A stretch of 64,000 nt of DNA from Candidatus Hydrogenedentota bacterium (GCA_963668025.2 CAXXTH010000023.1:320001-384000), one strand, 5' to 3'. Shown: positions 27,120 to 37,816, counted from the first letter of the stretch. Notes: a model not told the origin generated them from the sequence alone. Numbers and translations are program-made.

Positions 27120-29747
27120 ATGTTTTCACATCGTATCACCCTGTTTTCCGTCTTAGTCACCCTCGTATTCGGCATCATGCCATTCGCCCATGCGGGCGGG
27201 CAGGCCAACACGTTTTTCGCCATCAATGGGGCGAATCTCGATTGGGCGACGTTCCCGTTTGGCGAGATGAGGCCCTGGAACAGCGGCGGCAAAGAGGAGT
27301 TTCTATACTATCTCGATGAGAAATGTCCGGAACTAAATATAACGTCGATCCGCATTTTATTGTGGCCTGAAATTTTCAATAGGCAAACGAACAAACTGGG
27401 GCCGATGCTCGTCGAGTTTTGTGATCTCCTGGAATCGCGCCATATGACGTGCCTGTTCTGGATCTACACCACCGTACCCTCGCAAAGTGGTTTTACGGAT
27501 GCGAATGTAGGGCGCGAATCGAATCCGGCGTCGTTCGACGCCATCGTGGCGCGGGGTAAAACTCGTCTGGATGAAACCATCGGGTATCTGGCGGCCCATC
27601 GGTCGCAGAGCAAGGCTGTCCTGGGCTGGTCCATCGGCGACGGCGAGAACCCGTGGAGCGTGGCCAATATGGAGTACATCCGGGAACTCATCCCGTACGC
27701 TAAATCCATCGACCCCTACCATCCCGTGGGCAAGGAGTTTTACAACAGTATCGTGCGGGGCGTGCAGATTGTTGGGCTGCCGGACATGGCCGGCACGGAC
27801 ACGCTCCTGCAATTGCGGGATGTATATGACGAAGTGGATTATATCGGCTACGGCCTCTATCACCTGTGGGATGGAGCTTCGCCGCAACCGCTCAATTTCG
27901 AGCAATCCATCGCCCAGATCAACACCCAGAATCCCCAGAACAAACCCGTCATTATGGAAGAGTATGGCTTCACCATGGACAACCAGCCGAACGCCTCTTT
28001 TGATAACGCCCGCGTCAATCGCACATATGCTTCGACGGAAAATGTATTAGGCACGTATTTCTGGACATTGCATGCCAACTTCAACACCAATTCCGAAGAA
28101 TCTCCAAGCTGGGAAGACCCCAATTACGCCTCTTTTTTCTATGACAACGAGCAGACGTACCATATAGGCGCGACGAAGAATTGGGCAAAAATATATGGAC
28201 TAAAAACGCGCACCGGCGTGGCGGCGTCGTATACGTTCATGGACAAATATAGCGCCTTGGAAGCGTGGGACTACAGCGGCCATGGGCGTGAACTGAGCTT
28301 GTGCAATGGCGCATCTAAGGAGCCTGATGGCCGTACGGGATTCGGCCTGCAATTGGAAGCATCGAAGTCGCAATATGGCGCTCTGGACATTCCCACTTCA
28401 TCCCATGTGTTTTTCGAGGGCTGGGTGCGCCCTGCGGTATTGAAAGACGCCGGATTGTTCAGCGTGCCCGATGTGTTCCGCATTGCCTTGGACGCGGGCG
28501 GCCGGGTGCGCGTGTGGGCCAATGTGGGGGATGGATGGCAGGAACAATGCGCCAGCGCCATCGCGCTGGCTGCCGGGGCGTGGGCGAAAATCGCGGTGTC
28601 ATATGATGGCGCCTATTGGCGGCTCTGCATGAACAACATTGAAGACCAAACCGCGCCACACGTGGGTGCGCTGCCTATATCCAGTATGTCGAGGGCGTAT
28701 CTGGGCCGTTATGATGCAAGCAGCGGCTATTTCGACGGCGATCTAGATGAAGTGCTCATCGCTCCCGAACCGCCCCTGCTGGCGGGCTGGACGTTCGACC
28801 AAACGCTTACGCAGGATATGGCGTCTGCACCCGGCATGGACCTCGCTGTTTCCGGCATGACGCCGAGTGTGCAATACGCCAATGGCCCCCAGGCGCTTGT
28901 GGGCAAGGCGCTGCGCTTTGACGGCGTGGACGACAAGGCCGCCATTAGCAGCGCCCAATTGCAGCCAGACGGTATGGCCGTGGACTTCTATTTCGCTGCC
29001 TACCGCCCTCATAACACCACGGGGCAGACCCTCGTGAGCTGCGGTTATGGCGAATCGGGGAATTACGGTTCCGGCTGGAGCGTGTTCATCAAAAACCAGG
29101 CGCTCCACTTCGCAGTAAACCTGGACGAACAGGCGGGCGGCGCGGAGATCGATTTAGTCCATTCCACTGCCATCGATATTTCCACCGTTGGCGGCGAGAA
29201 ATGGCATCATGTGCGGGCGTCCTATGACGGCGAAACGGCGCGCCTTGCGCTGGATGGCGATGAAGCCACGAATGACACCGGCTCCGGGCCTATCCAATAT
29301 CTGGAGGATAGCTTGTTTACACTGGGCATGTTCTCGAGCCAGGGGAGCAGTGCGGACTATTTTGATGGCATGCTCGATGATATCGAGTTCTATTCGACCG
29401 GAATGACGCCGCCCGAGGCCCTACCCCGAACAGGTTCGTTGAGGGTGAATATCGAACCACGGGAGGCCCAGCAAGGCCAAGTGAAATGGAGCATCGATGG
29501 CGGGCAGACATGGCTCGACAATGGCGCAACCCTCACGGGCCTTGCCCCTTGCCGGTATGCCATCACGTTCTCGGCCCTCGTCGGCTGGACGCCTCCCGAG
29601 ACTCAGGAAGTGTTGGTCTATATTGGAGAAGAGACAAGTGTGACGGGTGCCTATGAGCGCAGCGGAGAGGTGCCCGTCATGGGAGCCATTGGAATAGCAA
29701 GTTTAGTAGGTGTTTCATTTGCCGTAAGCATGCGCAGGATTCGTTGA
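27120..29747 (+). CDS. Surface protein: clan GH-A domain, two LamG domains, a PEGA-like domain and a C-terminal membrane anchor
   Basis: Signal peptide; KPVIMEEYGF; two YFDG.LD(E/D) LamG ends; GSLRVNIEP...GWTPP; tail VPVMGAIGIASLVGVSFAVSMRRIR. Confidence 0.75.
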   Translation: MFSHRITLFSVLVTLVFGIMPFAHAGGQANTFFAINGANLDWATFPFGEMRPWNSGGKEEFLYYLDEKCPELNITSIRILLWPEIFNRQTNKLGPMLVEFCDLLESRHMTCLFWIYTTVPSQSGFTDANVGRESNPASFDAIVARGKTRLDETIGYLAAHRSQSKAVLGWSIGDGENPWSVANMEYIRELIPYAKSIDPYHPVGKEFYNSIVRGVQIVGLPDMAGTDTLLQLRDVYDEVDYIGYGLYHLWDGASPQPLNFEQSIAQINTQNPQNKPVIMEEYGFTMDNQPNASFDNARVNRTYASTENVLGTYFWTLHANFNTNSEESPSWEDPNYASFFYDNEQTYHIGATKNWAKIYGLKTRTGVAASYTFMDKYSALEAWDYSGHGRELSLCNGASKEPDGRTGFGLQLEASKSQYGALDIPTSSHVFFEGWVRPAVLKDAGLFSVPDVFRIALDAGGRVRVWANVGDGWQEQCASAIALAAGAWAKIAVSYDGAYWRLCMNNIEDQTAPHVGALPISSMSRAYLGRYDASSGYFDGDLDEVLIAPEPPLLAGWTFDQTLTQDMASAPGMDLAVSGMTPSVQYANGPQALVGKALRFDGVDDKAAISSAQLQPDGMAVDFYFAAYRPHNTTGQTLVSCGYGESGNYGSGWSVFIKNQALHFAVNLDEQAGGAEIDLVHSTAIDISTVGGEKWHHVRASYDGETARLALDGDEATNDTGSGPIQYLEDSLFTLGMFSSQGSSADYFDGMLDDIEFYSTGMTPPEALPRTGSLRVNIEPREAQQGQVKWSIDGGQTWLDNGATLTGLAPCRYAITFSALVGWTPPETQEVLVYIGEETSVTGAYERSGEVPVMGAIGIASLVGVSFAVSMRRIR

Positions 29748-29782
29748 GCAGTTTGTATGTCCTTTAGCTTCTGCTTTACGCC

Positions 29783-30397
29783 CTATCTTTGATATGTGGG
29801 TTCCGATTTCGTCAATCGTTCATTCATCTCCGAGAGTTGGATCTGCATCCGCAGAATATCCTCTTGCACTTTCAGTGTGGATTGCTCTACGACGTTCTTG
29901 AGCAGGAATGCCACGCCCATGACCAAAAACACCAACGAAGAAAGCAGCATGATGGTTCCGTGATACGGATGCTCCGCCATGTTCCCCGCAAGCATCATTG
30001 AGATCGTTGACTGAATCACCACGATCCCCCATGTAAGGCCCGTGTAGAGGTTGGGAAAGCGTTTGCGGTTATAATATCCCTTGATTACGATCCACAGACT
30101 GGCAACGGCAAACGCCAATCCAAACAATGACCCAGCAAGAAAACCGCCTCGCGCCAGCCAAGGCAATCCTATCGATTTTATTAGCCCCACGTAACCGAAC
30201 AAGACGAAAAATCCTATGCACATTAAGCCGGAGAGGGCAAATGAGATCCGCTGCACGGGTGACAGCACTTTCTTGTGCATCCCGGCCAATTCCTTCTCAA
30301 ACATGGCGTTCAATCTCCTTTCGTATTCCGATTTGATTTCGGGGCGTATTTGTTCTTGCGCCAACAATTCTTCGCGTATTTTTCTGGAGTTCGTCAT
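29783..30397 (-). CDS. Four-TM membrane protein, probable anti-sigma factor
   Basis: Overlaps the ECF sigma stop codon (ATGA); four hydrophobic segments. Confidence 0.7.
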   Translation of the reverse strand: MTNSRKIREELLAQEQIRPEIKSEYERRLNAMFEKELAGMHKKVLSPVQRISFALSGLMCIGFFVLFGYVGLIKSIGLPWLARGGFLAGSLFGLAFAVASLWIVIKGYYNRKRFPNLYTGLTWGIVVIQSTISMMLAGNMAEHPYHGTIMLLSSLVFLVMGVAFLLKNVVEQSTLKVQEDILRMQIQLSEMNERLTKSEPTYQR

Positions 30398-30954
30398 TGG
30401 CCTTTCTCCCTTGTGAGGAGGACGCGCAGGTTTCCCCGTGCGCGGTGTAGGCGGCTTTTAATGGTTCCTACCGGTGCGCCCGCGATCTCCGCAATCTCCT
30501 GAATGGAGAATTCTTCCAGAAAGAACAACGTCAATACTTCACGTTCCGTGGGCGGCAGGTGGGCCAGACCCTCGTGAATCGCCGCAGCGGTGTCCAGATA
30601 TCCCCAATCCAGTTCTTTTGTGTCATCGATGAGTGCGCCTGGCCCATCATCCTCAGGCAAGGGCTCGCACCGGCGCTCGCGCCGTTGATGGTCGATCATC
30701 GTGTTGCGCGCGATCCGGTAAAGCCATGGCGTAAGCGTCCCGGCAGACTTGACGCTCGAAATGGAACGCATCACTTTGACCCAAACCTCCTGGAGCACAT
30801 CCCAAGCGTCTTCCTCACGCTCCATGAACCGGCGCAAGTAGTAAAAGAGCGGCCGTTCATACAATTCAATCAGCATGCGGAATCCTTCATTTTCCCGCTG
30901 GCCGCATTTCAGCAGGATGAAGCGATTTTTTAGCAGCCGCACTTCGTTGTTCAT
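30394..30954 (-). CDS. ECF RNA polymerase sigma factor
   Basis: DAWDVLQEVW, WLYRIARN, EIAEIAGAPVGTIKSRLHRAR. Confidence 0.95.
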   Translation of the reverse strand: MNNEVRLLKNRFILLKCGQRENEGFRMLIELYERPLFYYLRRFMEREEDAWDVLQEVWVKVMRSISSVKSAGTLTPWLYRIARNTMIDHQRRERRCEPLPEDDGPGALIDDTKELDWGYLDTAAAIHEGLAHLPPTEREVLTLFFLEEFSIQEIAEIAGAPVGTIKSRLHRARGNLRVLLTREKGQ

Positions 30955-30982
30955 TCAGTCCTCTCATCGGGTTTCACTCATT

Positions 30983-31009
30983 AAGACGAGTCTATGCATG
31001 AAAAGGTTC
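30983..31009 (-). promoter_or_regulatory. ECF-type autoregulatory promoter
   Basis: Minus strand GAACC-N16-CGTCTT, ~30 bp upstream of the sigma start. Confidence 0.6.
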
Positions 31010-31155
31010 GTTTAAAAGTATAACAATTTCTATGTGACCCGGTGTTTATGAACAGATCAAAAACGCGGCTTTTCCCACAGGATAATCATTGAGCGAGAGG
31101 AGGGTAAGGTTAGATATATGTGGTATATTCATGAATCATTTTTTGTAAACAATCA

Positions 31156-34100
31156 TCAATAAGCTGTTTGTGTAAAAAAAATGTTGAAGTCATTCATTAT
31201 TCCATCTTTAATCGTAATCTCGTAAGGTTCAAGTGTGGCTAACACTCTGGATAGATTTGGCGCATAATACTCGGCACACAGCAAGGCTACGCCTGGGCGT
31301 ACCCCATCGAGACGGATCTCGTTGCCGTATTCACAGAAGGTGTAGAATTTCTCTGTCTCTCCAGTTCCGAACCGGTACTCGAGTTCGACTTGTATGCTGC
31401 CGCCGTTGGAGGCTAAGTAATCGTTCCCCTCGACATTAAAAACTGCTGTAGCAGTTCCTTGGTATACTTCAATATTTGACACCTTTTCTTCAGAACCTTT
31501 GAACATCACAGGGGCTTCGATGACACGGCCTTGTGCGCCGAACATGGGATTCAGGCGCAACGTGAGTTCTCCTGTGGGAATGCCATGGAATGCATAGTTG
31601 CCCTCGTTGTCTGTTTTGCATTCCTGGTTATAGCCGGTTTCATGTTCACTAATCTGTTGGGAAAGCTCGATCCGTAGATTCTTAAGAAATTCGCCGTTTC
31701 GAGTCACGGTCCCGCGAAGCTGCGCCCCGCGCCGCAAATGGATTTCCACATGGAGTTCCTTGCCGGCGGAAATGGTTACGGGCATCTCCCCGGGAGCATA
31801 ATCGGAATGCCATGCCCTGAGCGGCCACGTTCCTGTGCGGGCGCCTTGTATGACGAATGCGCCTTCGGCGTTGGTTCGCGTGTTGCCGTCGATGAATCCG
31901 TCGTCAATTCCCACAGTCGCGTCTCGAACAGGTTCGCCCTGCGGATTCAACACCCGCCCGAAAATCATACTTGCCTTTTCGAGACGAATGACCACATGGT
32001 CAAGCGTTTGTCCCGGCGACAAGGCCAGCGGCTCGGAGACACCCGCCGCGTATCCTTCGGCCCGCGCGGCCATCTTCACTTCGACAGAACGGGCGCTTAG
32101 GGAGGACAATTCAAAGCGGCCTTCCGCGTCGCGGAACCGGGACCAGCGCATAACGGGCCCTGGATACATCACCTCAAAATCGGGTATGGGCGCTTCCGTT
32201 TCGGCATCGATAACGGTTCCCTGCACGGCGCACATGCGTAGGATGACGAAATCTACATTCCGGGCGCCCGCGTCCGCCTCAGTACACGAAAAAGCCGGGT
32301 CCTGCCAGGATATGCCCTCCGCATTCACTTGATAGGCGCCCGGGCCGAGATCCCCGAGCGTGTAAAAGCCCTGGGCGTCCGTCTTGGCGCTTCGGTACAC
32401 GTCTCCGCGTGCGGCGTATACGGAAATCCCTTCAGAGGGAGAGCCCGCGTCATCGGTGACTCGGCCCGAGATAGTCAAGTTGCCGGGAAGCTCGTAGACC
32501 AACTGGACATTCTGCAGTTGCTCGCCCTCGGCCAGCTCAATCTCCCCTATATTCGTCAATCGCCGTGTAGAGGTGTCACCCGGAAACAGGATCTGGAATC
32601 CATAGCTCGATGCATACAGGCCGCGCAGCTCGAAGCTGCCCGAATCATTGGTGACGGTTACAAAATCTTTTGAGAAATGGGATCCGTTTTGCGGCCAAGT
32701 CGTCACTTGCACGCCGGGCAACGGGATTCCATCTTGATCCACCAGGCATCCAGAGATAGCGGATTCGGGTTGCATGGATAGGAGAAGATTGTCGATGCCC
32801 TCAGGCGGGATCCTGACTGGCCCGGTCGGCGGCATGGCCAAGCCGGTGGTGGAGTGCGGCCAAAAGAAGGCCGGCAGATCCGTGACAAAACCACGAAACT
32901 CGAAGCATCCCTCGCCATCGGTCATGGTCACGGCTTCCACTGCACGTGGCTCTGACCACCCGTTGACAATTACGCCCACCAAGGCGTCACCATGCAGTCC
33001 AACCAAGCGGCCCCGCACGGTTACGCCGCCGAGCACGGCAAAGTTGACATCCGTGACCGAAGCGTTTTCTTTCAACTGGACAATCTGCTCCCTTGTGATG
33101 TTCTGGGAGCGGGGATAATGCCGTGCCAAATCGCCGTCCCATTTCAATGTAGTTGAATACTTTCCGGCTGCCAATCCTTCAAAACAATAATGGCCGCTTT
33201 CATCCGTCCGCGATTCCATTTCCTGCTGGGTGGCGGGGCAGTACAGGCGAATAACGCCATCGACGACTCCATTCCCTGTATCTTCCTCGTACAAGCGCCC
33301 CGCTATGGAGCCGCCTTCCTTCACAATTGCCGGAGACGGCGATTCCGGGCGGACCTGTGCTGCCGCTTTTACTTGGTTCGCAGTCGGCATGGATTCGGCG
33401 ACCGCCTCAACACTCTTGACCGGCGCGACAATAGAGGATGATATGTCGCTTGGGATGGTTGGCTCTCTATGTATACCGAGATAGCCCGTTACAAGCAATA
33501 CAAGAACAGTGCAGCTCATGATAGCGGGTTTCATCATGCCTGCGACTCCCAAGACGCTCCCGGTTCCCACGACGGTATCTTTCCACGGGGGTGTGACTGC
33601 AATCACTGCTGAAGCGATCTGTGAAGCTCGCTGCTCGCGGCGAGCTTTTTCCGCCGGCTCTATTTCGAGAGAAGCAAGCAACGCTTGTCCTAACACGTGG
33701 CGAATACGTTCAAGGCGTTTACGGACAGTGCTGTGTGATAATGAAAGCAACTCAGCGATATCTCGAGTCTTTTTACATCCTTGGTATCGTAAGAGGATGA
33801 GCTCGCGATCGGAATCAGGCAATTTGGACACTAGGCCAGAGAGGAGCTCTCCCATCGCGTCATTTTGATCCATATTGGTATGATTCATCGTCATGGCTGC
33901 GTCCGCCTTATATTGCTCGATATGCTCAGCCTCCCGTCGTTTTCGATTGAATTGAGTTAGTGCGACATTTCTAGCGATGGTAATCACCCACCCGCCAAAG
34001 TGAGAAGGCGCTTGCAGCGTATCGAGTGACAGCCAGGCTTTTAGGAAGGCCTCCTGTGCCGCGTCTTCGGCATCAGCGCGATTCTTAGTGTATGCCATGG

Positions 34101-34215
34101 CTACAGATGTCACTGCCGGCATATGTTTATTCACCAATGCCGTGAACGCCATGGTATCGTGGCAAAGCGCTCGCTTCACGAGATGCGCGTCATAGAGTCT
34201 CGGTGCAAATATCAT
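31156..34215 (-). CDS. ECF sigma factor fused through a TM helix to extracytoplasmic carboxypeptidase-regulatory-like repeats
   Basis: DAEDAAQEAFLKAW, FGGWVITIARN and region 4, then a hydrophobic helix and repeated G.I.G.V.D...TD..G.F motifs. Confidence 0.9.
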   Translation of the reverse strand: MIFAPRLYDAHLVKRALCHDTMAFTALVNKHMPAVTSVAMAYTKNRADAEDAAQEAFLKAWLSLDTLQAPSHFGGWVITIARNVALTQFNRKRREAEHIEQYKADAAMTMNHTNMDQNDAMGELLSGLVSKLPDSDRELILLRYQGCKKTRDIAELLSLSHSTVRKRLERIRHVLGQALLASLEIEPAEKARREQRASQIASAVIAVTPPWKDTVVGTGSVLGVAGMMKPAIMSCTVLVLLVTGYLGIHREPTIPSDISSSIVAPVKSVEAVAESMPTANQVKAAAQVRPESPSPAIVKEGGSIAGRLYEEDTGNGVVDGVIRLYCPATQQEMESRTDESGHYCFEGLAAGKYSTTLKWDGDLARHYPRSQNITREQIVQLKENASVTDVNFAVLGGVTVRGRLVGLHGDALVGVIVNGWSEPRAVEAVTMTDGEGCFEFRGFVTDLPAFFWPHSTTGLAMPPTGPVRIPPEGIDNLLLSMQPESAISGCLVDQDGIPLPGVQVTTWPQNGSHFSKDFVTVTNDSGSFELRGLYASSYGFQILFPGDTSTRRLTNIGEIELAEGEQLQNVQLVYELPGNLTISGRVTDDAGSPSEGISVYAARGDVYRSAKTDAQGFYTLGDLGPGAYQVNAEGISWQDPAFSCTEADAGARNVDFVILRMCAVQGTVIDAETEAPIPDFEVMYPGPVMRWSRFRDAEGRFELSSLSARSVEVKMAARAEGYAAGVSEPLALSPGQTLDHVVIRLEKASMIFGRVLNPQGEPVRDATVGIDDGFIDGNTRTNAEGAFVIQGARTGTWPLRAWHSDYAPGEMPVTISAGKELHVEIHLRRGAQLRGTVTRNGEFLKNLRIELSQQISEHETGYNQECKTDNEGNYAFHGIPTGELTLRLNPMFGAQGRVIEAPVMFKGSEEKVSNIEVYQGTATAVFNVEGNDYLASNGGSIQVELEYRFGTGETEKFYTFCEYGNEIRLDGVRPGVALLCAEYYAPNLSRVLATLEPYEITIKDGIMNDFNIFFTQTAY

Positions 34216-34259
34216 GTTCAGGTTCTCCCTACTGAACGGCTGTTTATCTTTCTACCATA

Positions 34260-34287
34260 AAGACTATAAAAAGAAGATTTTGTGACA
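34260..34287 (-). promoter_or_regulatory. Possible ECF promoter
   Basis: Minus strand TGTCACA-N16-GTCTT upstream of the fused sigma. Confidence 0.45.
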
Positions 34288-34629
34288 AACTGGGCGAATT
34301 CATGCATCTCAAAATGGAAAGAAATGTTCCTGCATCAGACAACAAATAGCATCGTTGCCATATGCACATAAACAAACGGATTATTTGAACCTCCTTGTGC
34401 CTTGGTGTGATAGTGTAAAAAGCAGAGCAAGCCCTTCTATTGCCTCATGTTCATCCACTGTTCTCTGCGAGCCAGCGATTCCGCAAGCGAGGGTTTGTGT
34501 GAGGGGGTAAGTTCTTAGGAGCGGCGGGCTTAGGCGGGCTCACCTTTTCCCGATCAGATTCGCATTCATCTTTGACCTTGACTTTTGGCTTCTGTCTTGT
34601 ATATTATAAGGGTACAAGATGGAGGTTGC

Positions 34630-34965
34630 ATGTCGCGTACACAAATGTCCACCCAAGAGCGCCAATTTCGGTCCCGCTTGGCGCAATTGGTTCACGAACG
34701 CCCCCTGATTCGAGCCACGCTCAATCCGCGCTCGGTCACCTGCGGTAAAGCAGGGTGCCGCTGCGCCAAAGGGGAAAGACACCAGGCCCTGTATCTGGTG
34801 TGTACGGTGAAGGGGAAACGGCGGCAGATGTTTGTACCCCCGTCGTTGGAGGAAGAGGTCCGCGCGTGGGTGAGGAACTACCAGACCGTGCAGGAATTGC
34901 TGGAGAAGCTGTCGGAGGACGCGTGGCAGAAGCTCAAGGAGCTTAAGGAACAGCCTGATTCTTAG
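34630..34965 (+). CDS. DUF6788-family IS accessory protein
   Basis: RATL...CGKAGCRCAKGERH..LYL....GKRRQMFVP...VRAWVRNY; RBS GGAGG. Confidence 0.8.
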   Translation: MSRTQMSTQERQFRSRLAQLVHERPLIRATLNPRSVTCGKAGCRCAKGERHQALYLVCTVKGKRRQMFVPPSLEEEVRAWVRNYQTVQELLEKLSEDAWQKLKELKEQPDS

Positions 34966-36202
34966 TCGCCTTCTTAAATATGGGGAAAAGGTCTACGATC
35001 TGCGCAATCAACTCAGGCGGATTACGGACCGGCGTAAGGCCCCGGAAATCCCTACGATGCGGGTAGTCATGGGGGTGTTTTTCACGTTGTGCGTGCGCCT
35101 GGGCAGCTTCAACGGCGTCGAGGAGGCGTTTGGGAACATAGAATCCAAACGCAGCCGGTGGCATGGCTGGATGGACGGAAACCTGCCCAGCGCCGATCGT
35201 CTGGGTGAGGTGTCGGCCCTGATGGATTTGGACACCGTGCGCGGGCTGCTATACGAACACTACCGTCAGCGCAAGCGGAAAAAGACGTTGCGCCCTTTAC
35301 CCGGCAACCTGCAGGTGCTCATCTTGGACGGCCACGAGATGTGCGCCAGTTATCTGCGCTCTTGCCCTGAATGTTCGGAACGCGAAGTAACCTATGGCAA
35401 GGGCAGGGAAAAACGGACTCAATACTACCACCGCTATGTCATGGCCTATCTTTTGTGCGACGGCGGGCGCATGCTGCTGGACTTGGAACTACAGCAGAAA
35501 GGAGAAGGCGAAATCGCCGCCGCCATGCGACTGCTCAAACGGCTGTTGCAGGTTTGTCCGCGCGCGTTCAACGTGGTTGCGGGCGACGCGCTGTATCTCG
35601 ATCCCCACCTATGCACGCTCATTCTGAACCACAAAAAGGATTTCATCGCCGTCCTGAAGAATGAGAACCGCGGCCTGATTCAAGACTTCCGAGCCCTACT
35701 CGAAGCCGGAAAGACGGATCCTGTACCCTTCAGCTATGGCAAAAGACAGTGCGTATGCCACGACATAAAGGGTTTTGACTCCTGGACCCAGCTCGGACGC
35801 AAGGTACGGGTCGTGCGCTCCTTCGAGACATGGACCGTGCGCCGTCAACGAGGCAAAAAGGAAGAGCGAGATCAAACCCTCACCAGTGAATGGCTTTGGG
35901 CCGCCAGTTTGAGTGCTCAAAAGGCCACTACCACTGCGATTGTGCTTATCGGCCACGGCCGATGGGACATCGAAAATCACGCCTTCAACGAACTGGCCGG
36001 ACTTTGGCACGCCGACCACGTCTACCACCACGACCCAAACGCCATCGTGGCGATACTCCTCCTACTCATGCTGGCCTACAATCTGTTCCATGCCTGGCTC
36101 ACTCGTGACATCAAACCCGAACTTCGTCAGGGACATACGGCTCTATACTTCGCCAGACTCATCGCCGCTGAGTTCTACAGCCAGTTGCGCCCGCCCACAT
36201 AG
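34955..36202 (+). CDS. DDE transposase (probable CTG start at 34955; first ATG at 35057)
   Basis: ILDGHE, VAGDALY and GHGRWDIENHAFNEL motifs; the frame is open from CTG preceded by AAGGA. Confidence 0.88.
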   Translation: MILSRLLKYGEKVYDLRNQLRRITDRRKAPEIPTMRVVMGVFFTLCVRLGSFNGVEEAFGNIESKRSRWHGWMDGNLPSADRLGEVSALMDLDTVRGLLYEHYRQRKRKKTLRPLPGNLQVLILDGHEMCASYLRSCPECSEREVTYGKGREKRTQYYHRYVMAYLLCDGGRMLLDLELQQKGEGEIAAAMRLLKRLLQVCPRAFNVVAGDALYLDPHLCTLILNHKKDFIAVLKNENRGLIQDFRALLEAGKTDPVPFSYGKRQCVCHDIKGFDSWTQLGRKVRVVRSFETWTVRRQRGKKEERDQTLTSEWLWAASLSAQKATTTAIVLIGHGRWDIENHAFNELAGLWHADHVYHHDPNAIVAILLLLMLAYNLFHAWLTRDIKPELRQGHTALYFARLIAAEFYSQLRPPT

Positions 36203-36469
36203 CGGCTTCTCAGCCCACAACCGCTCCGTTCCCAGCCGACCGGCCAACACCCGGACCGCCCTACTATTGCTCCTACGCCCACTTTTCACTCCCCCGCCCC
36301 TGATACGACCCCTCTGGCGCGGCCCCACTGCCTGGCAAAAACGCCCTTGGCGTCTTTCCGAAACTGCTCCGTACTCAAAAACGCCCTTTGCCCCAGCAAA
36401 ATGCGGTCCGTGGCCCCACCTTGCGGAATCGCTGTCTGCGAGCAGGGCCTGCGTCAAAAAAGTGGGTTT

Positions 36470-37816
36470 TCATCCGGTTCTTTGTTCCCAATACTCCTCG
36501 AAGCGATTGGATTGAATAAGGCATCGCAACGCCGTAATGGCATTTGCGCCACGGACGGTCCATTCCATACCGGAGTGCTTCATACGCTGGCCAACGACCG
36601 TCCTGCACGCCGCTTCAATGACTCCCGAGCCAACGAATAGTCCCTTGGCAAAAAATCGTTGTAGCGCATGCGTTCTTTGTTCGTCTCAAAATAGCCGATG
36701 GCGGTAACGGCTTCTTTGGCATCCGGCCCATTGTTTGGCAACAGCACGGCGGCTTCTTCCACGATGGTTTCGATCTTTCCCTCATCCAGATCGTCCCACC
36801 ATTTGCCCTTGTACAAGGCCAAACGTTTTTCGTCGCGTCCAAACAACAATTTGCACAGGTTCCCGAGATGCTCGCGCGCGTGATACAAGTCGACTACGTG
36901 GATGGCGGCGTGAAAATGGGTTTGTACGATGTTTCGTATCCATTCGGCCCCATCGGTGAGGCATACGACGCGTTTGGCCCTGAACAATCCGCGGCGGACG
37001 GCCTCGGCGTAGATGCGCCATTGAAACTGTTCGGACGTCTCGATGGCGCCCACGAAACTGGCGGAGCCCCTATCCCGGATGGGGCGGCCTTTTTCGTTGA
37101 AGGCGGTTTGAGAAAAAACGCATCCGATTTTCACCTCGCGGGTTTTGGGCTTGCCGTTTTGATATTTTCCCTTGCGGCCTTCGAGCGCCTCGGGCACCAT
37201 GGGAACGCCGCTGCCGTCGAACTCGATGTAAAGGGTCTCGATAGTTTTGGCGGCATCGGGAGGCGGCGGTTCCTGGAATCGGATACGGTCCCGTTCTTGC
37301 GCGAACCAGTGGGCGGCTTGCTGGCCGGTCTGTTCCGCGATACGCTCACAGTCCTTGCGGCTGATCACGAGTCCGGCGGCTGCTTTCAGTTGTTGCGACA
37401 CCCTTTTGAATGGGGCGTCGCTGGCGAAATCCGCCACGAGACGCCGCACGCCCGGCGAATAGCGCGTGTTGGCGACATCGAGCTCCTCGTCGCCGGGATA
37501 CCGCCATTTGCCGCACCGGGGGCACCGGTAGGCGGTGCGCGTAAAGCGGATCTTGCCCAAAAGAGTGACGATGGTTTTTGTCTTCAGGCCACGGCTTTTC
37601 ATTACCGCCATGCATGAGCAACGCGCTTTTTCCCCGCGCCGGCCCACGCCCACCTTTCTTAAAAAGGCATCGAGCGCCTTGGCCCCTCCCATGAGGGCCG
37701 CGCCGCGCAGGGCTTGTTCCAATGCTTCGAGATCCGTTCCCGCCGCGCGTTTTGCCGCGTTGAAAATCCGCGTTACTTCGGCGTCTTTTTCGATGGCGGC
37801 TTGCGTTTTTTTTTTT
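36470..37816 (-). pseudogene. ISKra4-family transposase with a frameshift at ~36650
   Basis: IEFDGSGVPM, REVKIGCVF, LTDGAEWI, VDLYHAREHL. The C-terminus GLFVGSGVIEAACRTVVGQRMKHSGMEW lies in another frame after a T-run. Confidence 0.85.

Larger units (their letters stand above)
34473..36434 (+). mobile_element. Complete IS (DDE; ISAs1/ISPlu15-related) with an accessory ORF
   Basis: Perfect 15-bp IRs CAGCGATTCCGCAAG / CTTGCGGAATCGCTG; 9-bp TSD TCTGCGAGC at 34464-34472 and 36435-36443. Confidence 0.92.

Noticed and set aside
36640-36660. Programmed frameshift near the ISKra4 transposase C-terminus
   Set aside because: A 1-nt loss in a T-run separates the catalytic Glu motif; mutation or homopolymer error is more likely, as possibly also at 12962-12967
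37346-37770. 269-aa OrfA as given in the ORF track
   Set aside because: The distal ~150 aa are an off-frame read of the transposase caused by the A11 tract
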